Shown here piece after piece: positions 1 to 12,135 of a stretch of 64,000 nt of DNA. Source of the DNA: the human T2T-CHM13v2.0 reference genome, Homo sapiens; NCBI RefSeq assembly GCF_009914755.1, contig NC_060928.1, one strand, 5' to 3'. Within the stretch, counting starts at the first letter, position 1. The number at the start of each line of letters is the position of its first letter. The notes under the pieces are model-generated. The model did not search any database. It had not been told where the DNA came from and worked only from the letters and a program-made list of their open reading frames with translations. Made by a program: the position numbers and the translations under genes.

Positions 1-1635
1 CCCTGTTACTACTGTTTTGCTGTATCCATAAATTTTGGTATGTAATATTATGTAATATTTCCATTTTAATTTGTTTCAAGAAGTTTTAAAATGTCCTTCT
101 TAATTTCTTTATTGACCCATTGGTCATTCATAGGCATGTTGTTTAATTTCCATGTGTTATGTTGTGTAGTTTCTGAAGTTGCTCTTGTTACAGATTTCTA
201 CTTTTAATCTATTGTTGTTATAAGGGATATTTGATATGATTTCTACTTTTTTGAATTTGTTGAGACTTGTTTTATGGCCTAAGATATGCTTTCTTCTGGA
301 GAATATTCCATATTCTAATGAAAAGAATGTGCATTCTATGGCAGTTGGGTGAAATGTTCCGTAAATTTCAGTTAGCGCTGTCTCGTTTAGTGTGTAGTTT
401 TACTCCAGCATTTCTTTGTTGATTTTCTTCTGTAAGGTCTGTCCATTACTGAGAGTAGGGTGTTAAAGTCCCCTACTATTATTCTATTGTAGTCTGTCTC
501 TCCCTTTAGATCTTATAATATTTGCTTTATATATCTTGGTGATCTGATGTTACATGCATGTATATTTAGAATTACTATATCTGATTGCTCAGTTTATTCC
601 TTTGTCATTATATAGTGCCCTTCTTTGTGTCTTTTTACAGTCTTTGATTTGTATTCTATTTTTATCCAATATAGGTGTAGAAATCCCTGCTCTTTTTTGG
701 TTTCCAGTTGTGTGGAATATCTTTCCACCTCTTCACTCTCAGTCTATGTGTGTTCTTATAAGAGAACTGAATTCTGTGTAGTCAGCATCTACTTGGCTAT
801 TATCTCTTTACTCATGCAGGCACTCTGCGCCTTTTAATTAGATAATCAAATTCACTTATGTTAAGTGTTTTTTATTGATAAGTAAGGACTTACTACTACT
901 GCCACTTTGTTGTTTGTTTTGTAAATCTTCTCTATTTTTTTCTCCCCTACTTATTGTTTTCCTTTGTGGTTATGTGATTTCTTTGGTAGTATGTTTAAAT
1001 TTATTGCTTTATATTTTTATGAATAGGTTGTAGGTTTTTACACTGTGGTTACTATGAAGTTTATGAATATTATATTATAACAAGTTATTTTAGAGAGTTG
1101 ACAACTCAGATCACAACAAAAAGGACAAAAACAAAGAAAAAAATAAAACATTCTACAACTCAAGTCCATCTCCCCCACATTTTCATTTTTACCTATCTCA
1201 ATTTACATATTTTGTCATTTCCTGTCTCTTGCCAGGTTACTATAGTTATTATTTTTGATAAATTTGTCTCTTGGATTTCATACTAGAGTTATGGGTAAAT
1301 CGTACTCCACAGTTACAGTATTAGAGTATTCTGGGTTTTTCTGTGTTCACCTCGATCTCACTTTTTCCAGTGTAGAATCTATGAGTTGACTGGAGATTTT
1401 CCGCACATTTAGTGCTGGGAAGAATGGGGTCAGGGGTGTCACAAATGAGGAAGTCCTATTCTCTTATGCTCTGCTTGAATTTTTTTTTTTATTTCTGTGT
1501 GACCCCAGGAACAGTCTCATCCTCATATTTGAGTGCGACGTTATTGTTGATGATAATCTTGGCTCTGTGTATTTGTTTTTGGATTTCTGTGAAAAGAAGT
1601 GAAACCAACCTTCTACATCACCGTTTCTACTCTTG
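1..1635 (-). mobile_element. Old L1 (L1M-type) fragment, antisense; ORF2/inter-ORF sequence plus probable 5' end
   Basis: T-rich antisense L1 phrases (gagacttgttttatggcctaagatatg, gtgttaaagtcccctactattattctattg); boundaries approximate. Confidence 0.75.
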
Positions 1636-1893
1636 TGTTAATCTCTCCTTTTATGTCCTCATTTCTATCAGTTTTACTTTGCAGTTTATTAACTTCATAG
1701 TTTCTGCTGTCACTTTCTTGTAGTCTGCATTCTTCTCTCCATTTAAACTATTCAATGTAGTACTTAAAGATAGATATGACTTTCAGACAGGCTAATATTT
1801 GCTTATGAGTGTCAAAGTTCTTAAAACTGCATACTGCATCAAGAAGTGAAGCAATGTATCTTTCTGGACATTTCTATTTAAAAAAAATCAGTG

Positions 1894-2186
1894 GGCCAGG
1901 TGCAGTGGCTCATGCCTGTAATCCCAGCACTTTGGGAGGCCAAGGTGGTGGATCACCTGAGGTCAGGAGTTTGAGACCAGCCTGGCCAACATGGTGAAAC
2001 CCTGTCTCTACTAAACACAGAAAAATCAGCCGGGTGTGATGGTGCGCACCTGTAGTCCCAGCTACTCGGGAGGCTGAGGCAGGAGAATCACTTGAACCTA
2101 GTAGGCGGAGGTTGCAGCAAGCCAAGATCTTGCTACTGCACTCCAGCCTGAGCGACAGAGCAAGACTCTGTATCAGAAAAAAAAAA
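1894..2186 (+). mobile_element. Alu (AluS type), full length
   Basis: GGCCAGGTGCAGTGGCTCATGCCTGTAATCCCAGC dimer with A tail; flanking repeat aaaaaaaatcag on both sides. Confidence 0.97.
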
Positions 2187-2265
2187 TCAGCTTTTGACCA
2201 AGCAATATAACTTCTTAGTATCTGTCCTGAATGTACACTTCTAAAAATATAAAAATACATATTCA

Positions 2266-2547
2266 GCCTGCAATGTCAGCACTTTGTGAGGCTAAGGCTA
2301 GTGGATCACCTGAGGTCAGGAGTTCAAGACCAGCCTGGTCAACATGGTGAAACCATGTCTCTACTAAAAATACAAAAGTTAGCTGAGCATGATGGCAGGT
2401 ACCTGCAATCCCAGCTCCTTGGGAGGCTGAGGCAGGAGAATTGCTTGAACCTGGAGGTGAAGGTTGCAGTGAGCTGAGGTTGCATACTCTAGTCTGGGCA
2501 ACAGAGCAAGACTCTGTCTCAGAAAAAAATAAATAAAACAAAAAAAC
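2266..2547 (+). mobile_element. Alu (AluS type), slightly 5'-truncated
   Basis: ggatcacctgaggtcaggagttcaagaccagcctgg, both arms and an A-rich tail. Confidence 0.95.
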
Positions 2548-2549
2548 CC

Positions 2550-4578
2550 CAAGACTATTCATTTTAACGTTGTACATCATTGCAAAGTATTGAAAAAGCT
2601 TAATGTCCATACATGGGGAGTGGGCCTCTCACCTATGATATATCCACCATGGAGTACTATAAAGCTATAACAAAGAATAATGAAACAGTCTATTACTTGA
2701 TATGAAGTGAACTCCAAGATATATTAGGAAAAGAACGCCAAGCAATATCACTTCTATGCTATCCCATTATATAAGAAAGAAGAGGATAAAAGGAAATAGA
2801 TATGTGCACATTTGCAGAAAACACATGCAGAAAATATAAACCAGACACTAACAGATTAGTTACAGGAGTGCAAAAGAATAAAGTGGAGCAAATTGAGAAA
2901 TAAGAATGGATTTATGGGGATGACCATTAACCACATTTCTCTGAATATACATTTTTGTATAGTTCTTTCACTTAGAACCAAGGTAATGTTTTACATATCA
3001 AGAACCAAAGAAATAACAGAAATTGACAGAATATGAGGAGAATTTTGAAAAAGAACATAAACAGTAACAAATGAACTGAGTTATGAATAAGTAATATAAA
3101 CACAATGTGTTGATGAAAAAAGTACTAACCTTAGCAATTTTGGAAAATAATATTTGAATGTGAATTTGGAAAATAATATTTGGGGTAGAATGCTAAGGAT
3201 AAGAAGAATTGCACTTTGATACTGTATTTTTATTAATAAATGTGTTTCAAACAGGGGCTTAGCTAGCAATTCTGAAACTATTTTATGTGTTTACCAAAAC
3301 TGAACAAACAAGTATATATTTTTTGTGGATGTTGAGTGCCAGATTTATCACAGTGAGAGAAAGAATTTGTAAATAAGGAAAGAAAGAAGACTAGAATGGA
3401 CCTTGTGGTGTTGAATTAGAATTTGAAATGCCAGAATGAATTCATGGTTTTAATTATGTATACAGATAACGGATAGACTGATATGATAATACATATAGAT
3501 TTATGGATAGGTTTCTGTAAATATCCATAGCTTTGTTTCCTAGCTTAGTTTGCTGACAGGGCTTAGAAGCAACGACAGAATAACAGCAATGAGCATGTTT
3601 AGCCTCCCATCTTGGTTTGGAGAAATTGTTGATTCAAGGACTGGGACAGTGAACATACACAACAGGTCCAGAATGTTTTGATATCAGAGTAAGGAAATGT
3701 TCAAAACATGATAAAGAATTATTGAAAAGGCACAGAAGTCACTTGAAGTAACTCCCAATGGGATAAAGCTGGGATAATTTTGTCAACAAAATCGATATGT
3801 TAGTATTGGATTATAACCAATAAAATAATATCCATGAATCTGTACTCATGGATATTTATGAGCCCATAAGTAAATAATTGAATGCATCAGTAAGGGAGAA
3901 GGAAAACTTCTTACAGAAGAATTTCAGTAAGTAAATGAAAAGGAATGATGGAAATAGAAAATAACCATTAGACAAATACCTCAATAATATTTTTGCAGGC
4001 AAGAAGAATCAGTGGATGCTAAAATTATTAGATTAAAGTATGATGAGAAATAGCATACATGCAGTGTCAAAAATCTCTATAAAAGATACTCATTTGTGAC
4101 AAAGAGAACATAGTGTTTTTACAATGCAGAAATCTGGCAGAAATCACTACTGTGGTATTCTTCCCCCATATGCACAAACTCAATGTAATAATAAGAAAAC
4201 ATAAAAACAATTGAAATTAAGTTGAAGTCTACCAAATAACTTACTAGTACTTTTTAAAGTGTCAGTGTCACAAAAAACTGAAGAATATTAAGGAACTGTC
4301 ATAAATCGGAGGAGAGTAAAAAGCCATGGCCACAAATGCAGTGTGGAATTCTCTATTGGTTCTGCACCGTAAGAAGGCCATCAGTGGGACAAATGTTGAA
4401 ATTGGAATCAGAATTGAAGATTAATGTTATATCAATGTCAGTTTTTGGGTTTGGATATTGTTGTATTATTAAGATTTAAAATTAGGGTAATTTGGGTGAA
4501 AGATTTATGGAAAAACTGAAATACATTTTATTTCGGGGGAAGTCTAAAATTCTTTCAAAATAAAAAGTTAAAAAAATT
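2550..4578 (+). mobile_element. Old L1 3' region (L1MC-like)
   Basis: Degenerate ORF2 C-terminal motifs (catggagtactataaagctataa), then long 3'UTR ending tctaaaattctttcaaaataaaaagttaaaaaa. Confidence 0.65.
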
Positions 4579-5235
4579 AATTCCTCAGTTTAGTGACAGT
4601 TGGCAAAGAAGTGTGTATACTAAAGTTTATTTTAATATTTAAAATAATAAAATATCATAAATATCATTTCTGTCAAAAATAGGAATTTGATATTGCCACA
4701 TAATGGTATATTTTGCAGCAATTAAATATATTTTAACACGAATAATTTTTGGCAAATAAAAATGCACATGATTTGTCAAGTAAAAAATACCACCAAAGAG
4801 TTGCATATGATCATTTTAATATAAAAATATGCACATTGATACATATAAAAACCAAATAAGATTTTTCAGTAAAATGTTTATTTGGCTATATCTTTCTGTT
4901 TTACTTGGTGTTAATGATATTTCTCCTTCTTCTTTTCTTCTTATTTTTCTTTCTTCTTTTTTTTCTTGGTTTGTGTGGTTTCTTGGATTTGTTTTGTTTT
5001 GTTTTGTTTCTTGTAATAAGCAGAGGCCTATAAAACTTAAACATAATGCCATAAACTTTGCTGAAGAAGAAAGAAACTCTAACAAAGATAAGTTAATATA
5101 GGTGAAAATTCACTCTAGTCATATTTATACTAAGACAGATTAAATATTATAGCCTGTAACAGGAAGAACACATAGTTCTATCTTTAAAAGAACATTCTTT
5201 AACACAAAAGTTTATACCTGACTCTAAATGTTTCT

Positions 5236-5430
5236 GGGAACATCACACACCGGGGCCTGTTGTGGGGTTGGGGGACGGGGGAGGGATAGCATTAGGAGAT
5301 ACGCCTAATGTTAAATGACGAGTTGACGGGTGCAGCACACCAACATGGCACATGTATTCATATGTAACTAACTTGCACATTGTGCACATGTACCCTAAAA
5401 TGTAAAGTATAAAATAAATAAATAAATAAA
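5236..5430 (+). mobile_element. Short 5'-truncated L1PA (PA3/PA4-like) 3' end with TSD
   Basis: gggaacatcacacaccggggcctg...gagggatagcattaggagat...tgtgcacatgtaccctaaaa plus (AAAT)n tail; TSD taaatgtt(t/c)ctggg(g)aaca. Confidence 0.93.
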
Positions 5431-5684
5431 TGTTCCTGGGGAACACCTGAAGCCCATCCCCAACGATAAAAAGATGGTTATTTTTGACTGATAAAATTTG
5501 CTGTGTATTTAAAAGCTTACTTGTAATACTGACTTCTTTTCCTACTAAGTCCCTTAAAGAGATATTTGCACTTTGTATAGATTCTCTGCTATCTGTGATG
5601 GAATCCCATAAATTGTGTGCTTCCTAATAATGTTTTAGCAGAGTTCAATTTTTTATAGCATTATTTAACGTGGCAGTTGGTTCC

Positions 5685-7943
5685 TTACATGGTTTGGCTG
5701 TGTCCCCGCCAAAATCTCATCTTGAATTGTAGTTCCCGTAATCCTTATGTGTGGTAGGAGGGACCTGGTGGGAGGTAATTGAATCCTGGGGGCACTTTCC
5801 CCCTCGCTATTCTTGTGATAGTAAATTCTCATGAGCTCTGACAGTTTTATAAGCAACTTCCCCATTTGCTCAGTTCTCATTCTTCTCTCTCCTGCTGCCA
5901 TGTGAAAAAGGACATAGTTGCTTCCCCTTCTACCACGATTTTAAGTTTCCTGAGGCTTCCCAAGCCCTGTGGAACTGTCAGTCTATGAAACCTTTTTCCT
6001 TTATACATTACCCAGTCTCTGGTATGTCTTTATTAACAGTGTGAGAATGGACTAATACAGTAAATTGGTACCACAGAGAGTGGGGTGCTGCTACAAGGAT
6101 ACCCAAAAATGTGGAAGCAACTTTGGAACTGGATAGCAGGAATAGATTGGAACAGTTTGGAGGGCTCAGAAGAAGACAGGAAAATGTGGGAAAGTTTGGA
6201 ACTTCCTAGAGACTTGTTGAATGGCTTTGACACAAATGCTGATAGTGGTATGAACAATAAATTCCAGGTTGAGGTAGTGTCAGACGAAGATGAGGAACTT
6301 TTTGGGAAATGGAATAAAGATGATTCTTGCTATGCTTTAGCAATAAGACTGGGGGCATTTTGCCCCTGCCCTAGAGATCTGTGGAACTTTGAACTTGAGA
6401 GAGATAATTCAGGGTATCTGACAGAAGAAATTTCTAAGCAGCAAAGAGTTCAAGAGGAAGCAGAGCATAAACATTTGGAAAATTCACAGCCTGACAATGT
6501 AGTAGAAAAGAAAAATCCTTTTTCTGGGGAGAAATTCAAGTCTGCTGCAGAAATTTGCGTAAGTAACAAGGAGCTGAATGTTAATCACCAAGACAATGGG
6601 GAAAATTTCCCCAGGTCAGGCCAGAGACCTTCATGGCAGCCCCTCCCATCACAGACCCTGAGGCCTATGAGGGAAAAATTGTTTCATGGGCCAGGCCCAG
6701 AACCCCAATGCTCTGTGCAGCCTAAGGACATGGTTCTCTGAGTCCCAGATGCCTCAGTTCCAGCTATGGCTAAAAGAGGTCAACATATAGTTCAGGCAGT
6801 TGCTTCAGAGGGTGTAAGCCCCAAACCTTGGTGGCTTTCACATAGTATTGGGCCTGTTGTTAACACATCTTGAGGTTTGATTTCAGAGGATGTATGGAGA
6901 TGCCTGGATGTCCAGGCAGAGGTGTGCTCTTGGGGCAGGGCCCTCATAGAGAACCTCTGCTAGGGCAGTATGGAAGAGAAATGTGAAGTTGGAGCCCCCA
7001 CACAGAGTCCCCACTGGGCACTGCCTAGTGGAGCTGTGAGAAGACGGCCACCATCCTCCAGACCCGAGAATGGTAGATCCACTGACAACTTGCACCATGT
7101 GCCTGGAAAAGCTACAGACACTCAACACCAGCCTGTGAAAGCAACTAAGACGGGGACTGTACTCTGCAAAACCATAGGGGTGGAGCTGCAGAAGGCTGTG
7201 GAAGCCTACCTCTTGCATCAGCGTGACCTGGATGTGAGACATGGAGTCAAAGAAGATCATATTGGAATTTTAAGGTTTGACTGCCCTGTTGGATTTCAGA
7301 CTTGCATGGAGCCTGTAGCCCCTTTCTTTTGGCCAATTTCTCCCATTTCGAACAGGTGTAATTACCGAATGCCTGTACCCTCATTGTATCTAGGAAGTAA
7401 CTAACTTTCTTTTTATTTTACTGGCTCATAGGCAGAAGGGACATGCCTTGTCTCAGATGAGACTTTGAACTTGGACTTTTGGGTTAATGCTAGAATGAGT
7501 TAAGACTTTGGGGGACTGTTGGAAGGGCATGATTGTGTTTTGAAATGTGAGGACATGAGATTCGGGAGGGGTCGGGGTGGAATGATATGGTCTGGTTGTG
7601 TTCCTAGCCAAGTATAATCCCCACATGTGATGGTAGGGACCTGGTGGAAGGTAATTGAATCATGGGCCAGTGGGGGGGTGGGGGTTTCCCCCATGCTATT
7701 CCTGAGTGAGTTCTCAGGAGATCTGGTGATTTATAAGATGCTTCCCCTTTGGCTTGGCTCTCATTCTTCTCTCTCTTGCCACCAGGTGAAGAAGGACGTG
7801 TTAGCTTCCCCTTCAGCCATGACTGTAAGTTTCCTGAGGCCCACCCAGCCCTGCAGAACTGTGAGTCAATTAAACCTCTTTCCTTTATAAATTACCCACT
7901 GTTGGGTATGTCTTTATTAGCAGTGTGAGAACAGACTAATAGA
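5685..7943 (+). mobile_element. Complete THE1 (THE1C/D-like) MaLR element: LTR 5685-6059, internal 6060-7582, LTR 7583-7943
   Basis: Two THE1 LTRs, internal start gtaaattggtacc, purine-rich tract before the 3' LTR, perfect 5-bp TSD GTTCC (5680-5684 and 7944-7948). Confidence 0.95.
6085..6741 (+). pseudogene. Remnant of the THE1-int (MaLR) internal ORF
   Basis: 218-codon open frame with WNSLEGSEEDRKMWESLELPRDLLNGFD...CPCPRDLWNFELERD, typical of MaLR internal ORF translations; begins at GTG, not ATG. Confidence 0.75.
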
Positions 7944-8235
7944 GTTCCTCATTTTTTTTTCTTGGAACCTCCATAGAAAAACTCTACACACTTTATTTAA
8001 AAAAAAATAAAACAAAACAGTGTTTACAGATCGAAAACCTAGACTTCAATCTAGAAATTGCCTTCACCCAAATTATTATGCTACTGTAAACACTTGGTTG
8101 CAAAATCTTTCCAACAACATAATTTTAGGTGTTTCAAAATGCGATTTTATATTTATTTATATTTATATGTGTCTTTTGCAATTCAAATATTAATATATGA
8201 ATTTCCTTTTATCCACATGTTAAAGAAAGGTTAAA

Positions 8236-8471
8236 GATCTCGGCTCACTGCAAGCTCCGCCTCCTGGGTTCACGCCATTCTCCTGCCTCAGCCTCCGGAG
8301 TAGCTGGGACTACAGGCGCCCGCCCCCACGCCCGACTATTTTTTTGTATTTTTAGTAGAGACGGGGTTTCACCGTGTTATCCAGGATGGTCTCGATCTCC
8401 TGACCTCGTGATCCGCTCGCCTCCGCCTCCCAAAGTGCTGGGATTACAGGCGTGAGCCACCGCGCCCGGCC
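8236..8471 (-). mobile_element. AluY lacking its 3' end and poly(A) tail
   Basis: AluY diagnostic sequence (caagctccgcc, ctcgatctcctgacctcgtgatccg), many intact CpGs; flanked by aaagaaaggtt on both sides. Confidence 0.95.
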
Positions 8472-10009
8472 AAAGAAAGGTTTTCTAATTCCATTTTAGA
8501 AATTCTTTACTAATTTTCTTATAGTTGCTTTTATAAAATTAAAGCTGGTTAAAAATTTAATATAGTGTTTTATAAAATCTCAGTTTTATATTTTGATTGC
8601 AGGAACAAAAAAATAGAATGTCTTTATTGCCATCATTCAAAGTCAAGAAAAGAAGAATTTGTTCTGGTAGATGCAGTTTTGACAGCTAAAATAGTGGGTT
8701 TGGACACATGTCTCTAACTTAATTTGGTTTTCTGAGCAGTGTGTCTCCAGTTGGCAAAAGAATTGAAGAGTTTTTCTGAACATATGTTTATGTAGGATGT
8801 TAAACTTGTGATTGTGTGTAAAATAATGATATAGCCTTCAGTGAACTATTTCTTGACATTTATCCCAGCTGTGAGATGCATCAGTAGAAAAAAAAAGTCA
8901 TATTTTAAAATATTTTCTTCACTGCAGAGCTAAATTTACTCAAATATTTTGGTCAGTTATAATCTAAAGTGAAATTTTTATTTTTCTAACTGAGAAATAT
9001 TTGAAAATATAAATATAACAAACATAATTTGATGCTTGAGAGAATCTATGAAAGATTGAATAACTGAGATAGAAAATGTTTTAGATGTGAACTGATAACC
9101 TTTTTTAAAATATTGCAATAAAAAATGAATTCTGCAGTCCTTTCAGAGTTAACTGATTCAAAATTAAGCTTCAGGACACCAGATGGTCGCTAAGCAGCTT
9201 ATAAGTTGCTGCATTCATAATTTTCAGCTTTTGTAACTCATTTTATTGTTAACAGAATTCCCTATTGGTTCTTAGAAACCAAAGACATTTGTTGGGGGCA
9301 AAAACACAAAACAGAAAATTATAAAATTAAATAATTACTGTAAGCATAAGCCTGCTTGAAGGTTACATTTGCTATACATGACTGATCAGTGAAGAAATTC
9401 AATTTATGTAGGGAATGAAAGTCATTTTAGAAAATTAATATTTAATATGTTAATACATATTTTAAATTAATAGTACCTATTGGAATGAAATGTTGATGGT
9501 ATCCTTATAGCCTTCTTTTCCAGTAACCTTGTTCTTCTCCCCACCGTAAGTCTTCTCTTTTTTATTAGGGCAAGTCTCACTGTTTTGTTTTCAATCATAC
9601 AACATAATTGTTGAGGCCTGTTAATAAAGAATGCATATTCCCACTCATGGTCTTTTCCTTCTGTGAATGAAGTTCAGTTAGCGTAGTGTCAGACTTGCTT
9701 CATCTCCTTCACATTGTAAGTTTACAGCGATCCCCCCAGGTCCTGTATTTCCTGTGACTAACTGATCCGTCTTTCTCATTTAAGAGTTTGCATCAGTAAG
9801 GCCTTCTGCCTGTATATATCAGTATCCAACAACTTGAACTTTTCTGGTAATAAAGATAATTATTTCAACCTTGCTTCTTATCCTAGTTTTGTTTTTCAAT
9901 CTCTTCGTAACTAGGTAGCGAAGAGGAGTGTTATTTTGGGTATTCCATTTGGAGAATCTAACACATATCAACTCTTTAACAGCTATTTTGCTAAATATAG
10001 GGAATATAA

Positions 10010-10600
10010 ACCTGAATAAGACACAATGTGCTAACAGAGGGGTGAAACCAACAGAAATATAAACAGATGATTACAGATGTTGGCAAAACTTTGTATTAAA
10101 TGTATTATTGTGAAAGAGAAGGCATGAAGGGCAATGGAAGAATGGATGAGAAGGATCTAACTCAGCTCCCTGAACTGTACACAGTCATGATGATCTTTTT
10201 AAAACACATAGATGATGTCTTCTCCTCTATTTACAATATTATGATCATTTCAGATTAAACTTAATATCTTGTGATACCATTTTTAGACCATGGTCTGGAT
10301 CTGATCTTACTCTCCAGATTCATCAGCTCCCTAAACTGTTTGCCTCTGCTTAATCTCGTAGGACACAAATCAATAACACAGGCAATTTGGGAATTAGGAA
10401 AAGGACTGCTGAAGGAGGTAAACAAAAATAGGATTAGGTAAGAAATAGCATGGTGTATTCCAGGAAACTACTAGTAATATTTTTTTTTTCTGAAACATAA
10501 AATGTGAGGCAGATAGAGACAGGAGATGACAACTAGAAGACAGAACAAGGGGGGCCTGGTAGATCACACGGGCAAAGTAGAATTCCCTTTTTGTTTTCTA
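10010..10600 (-). mobile_element. Degraded L2 fragment interrupted by a duplicated insert
   Basis: Purine-rich L2-antisense-like phrases; weak. Confidence 0.4.
10182..10322 (+). repeat. Diverged direct copy of 11072-11215 flanked by a 17-bp direct repeat
   Basis: Colinear alignment (tttcagattaaac.taatat, tcttactctccagattca); flanks tcagctccct(g/a)aactgt. Confidence 0.85.
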
Positions 10601-10859
10601 GTTTGCTTTCATGTCTTTTTTCAAAATGCTTCATTAAATTCTTCATTTTGTTGTTTCTGTGTAAGCACAACATTAGCATTTGCTAATGAGAGTATCATGG
10701 ATTTTTTTAACATATGCCAACACAATTCTCATGTACAAATAAGATAATCTAGAATATCTATGTTTTTATTCAAAAATTTTCAAAATTGTCTTTGATATCA
10801 GGATGCTACACGGAGAGCAGAAACTTAAGATATCTTGAACTCACCAAACACCAAAGGAA

Positions 10860-11560
10860 ATTTATAATCTCCTTGCCCAACCTGATTGGTTTCAGAGAAT
10901 GCCACCATGACTCAAACTGCTTCTCAAGTGAGGAATCTGGGGATTACCCACTGACCCACTGACTCTATTTCCTAGAAAGTTATACATTTGGCCACATCTC
11001 CCTTCTTCACTTCCCCTAACTGTGTAGCATCTCTTTCTCTCTGATATCCTCGAAACGCATTTTCTACATTGCAGTTGTGGTGATCATTTTAAGACACAAA
11101 TCTGATAATGTCACCTCTTCTATTTAAAATATTAGGATAATTTCAGATTAAACCTAATATGATGTGAAAGTATTTTTAGACTATGGTCTAGATCTTATCT
11201 TACTCTCCAGATTCACCCCCATCCAGTCTCTGCACAATAGCTGCTTTAGTCCATTCTTCCAAATACACATCTTTAGCTCCCTCTGCTTGGGAGATTCATC
11301 GTTTCCTTTCAGCCTAGTTGTTTTCTGTCTTTTAGATCTTGACACAAATGTCCCTTGATTTTGTTGATCTCCTTGACTGAAGTCACAGTCTCCTCTCACG
11401 GGTTTTATTTAAAGATGCCATGCATTTTGGGATAGCCTTGTGTCACACTGGCAATTTTGGATTCATTTATGTTAATATTTGATACAAATATACCTTCTCA
11501 AGTGGATTATAAGTTCCAGTAAAGCAGGTATCATGCCTGTTTTTGTTTGTTGCTGTTTAT
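10860..11560 (+). mobile_element. L2 3' region
   Basis: gtgatcattttaagacacaaatctgataatgtcac...gattataagttccagtaaagcaggtatcatgcctgtttttg. Confidence 0.65.
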
Positions 11561-11650
11561 TATAATTTAGTATTACTATAATTTGGATCATCATCATTTA
11601 TTTTGTGTGGTTTTGTTTATTCAGATGTGGGCAATACTAGGCCATAATTC

Positions 11651-12135
11651 TTTTTTTAACAGCTTTATTACAATGTAATTTATGTAGCATAAAATTTATC
11701 TACTTTTGATATGTAACTCAATGATTTCTAGTTTATTTACACAGTTGTGCGACTATCACCAGAATGTAATTTTAGAACATTTCCATTAATGCAAAAAGAA
11801 AATTCCTTCCATTTTACAGCCACTCTCCACTCCAACCACCAGCCCCGGCAGCCACTAATTCACTTTCTGTCACTATATTTGCATATTCTTGACATTTCAT
11901 GTAAATAGTACCTTACAATATATGGCCTTTTTTGTCTGACTTTCTTCACTTAGCTTAATGTTTGTGAAGTCCATTCATATTGTCACATATATTAGTATTC
12001 CTTTAATTTTTGTTGCTGAATAATATTTCCTCATATGAATATACCACAATTTGTTTATCAATTTATTCATTGATGGACATTTAAATTGTTTCCAGTTTCA
12101 GCCATGGGGAATAGTACTGCTATGAACATGCAACA
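11651..12135 (-). mobile_element. L1MB/L1ME-type 3' end, antisense
   Basis: ttttttaacagctttatt...ttgatggacatttaaattgtttccagttt...gctatgaacat. Confidence 0.8.

Noticed and set aside
1809-2610. ORFs up to 116 aa
   Set aside because: Alu-derived translations (for example [20 protein letters not shown]); the same applies at 15355-15689, 23346-23615 and 37386-37577.
3139-3183. 18-bp near-tandem repeat tttggaaaataatatttg
   Set aside because: Ordinary slippage-type duplication in an old L1.
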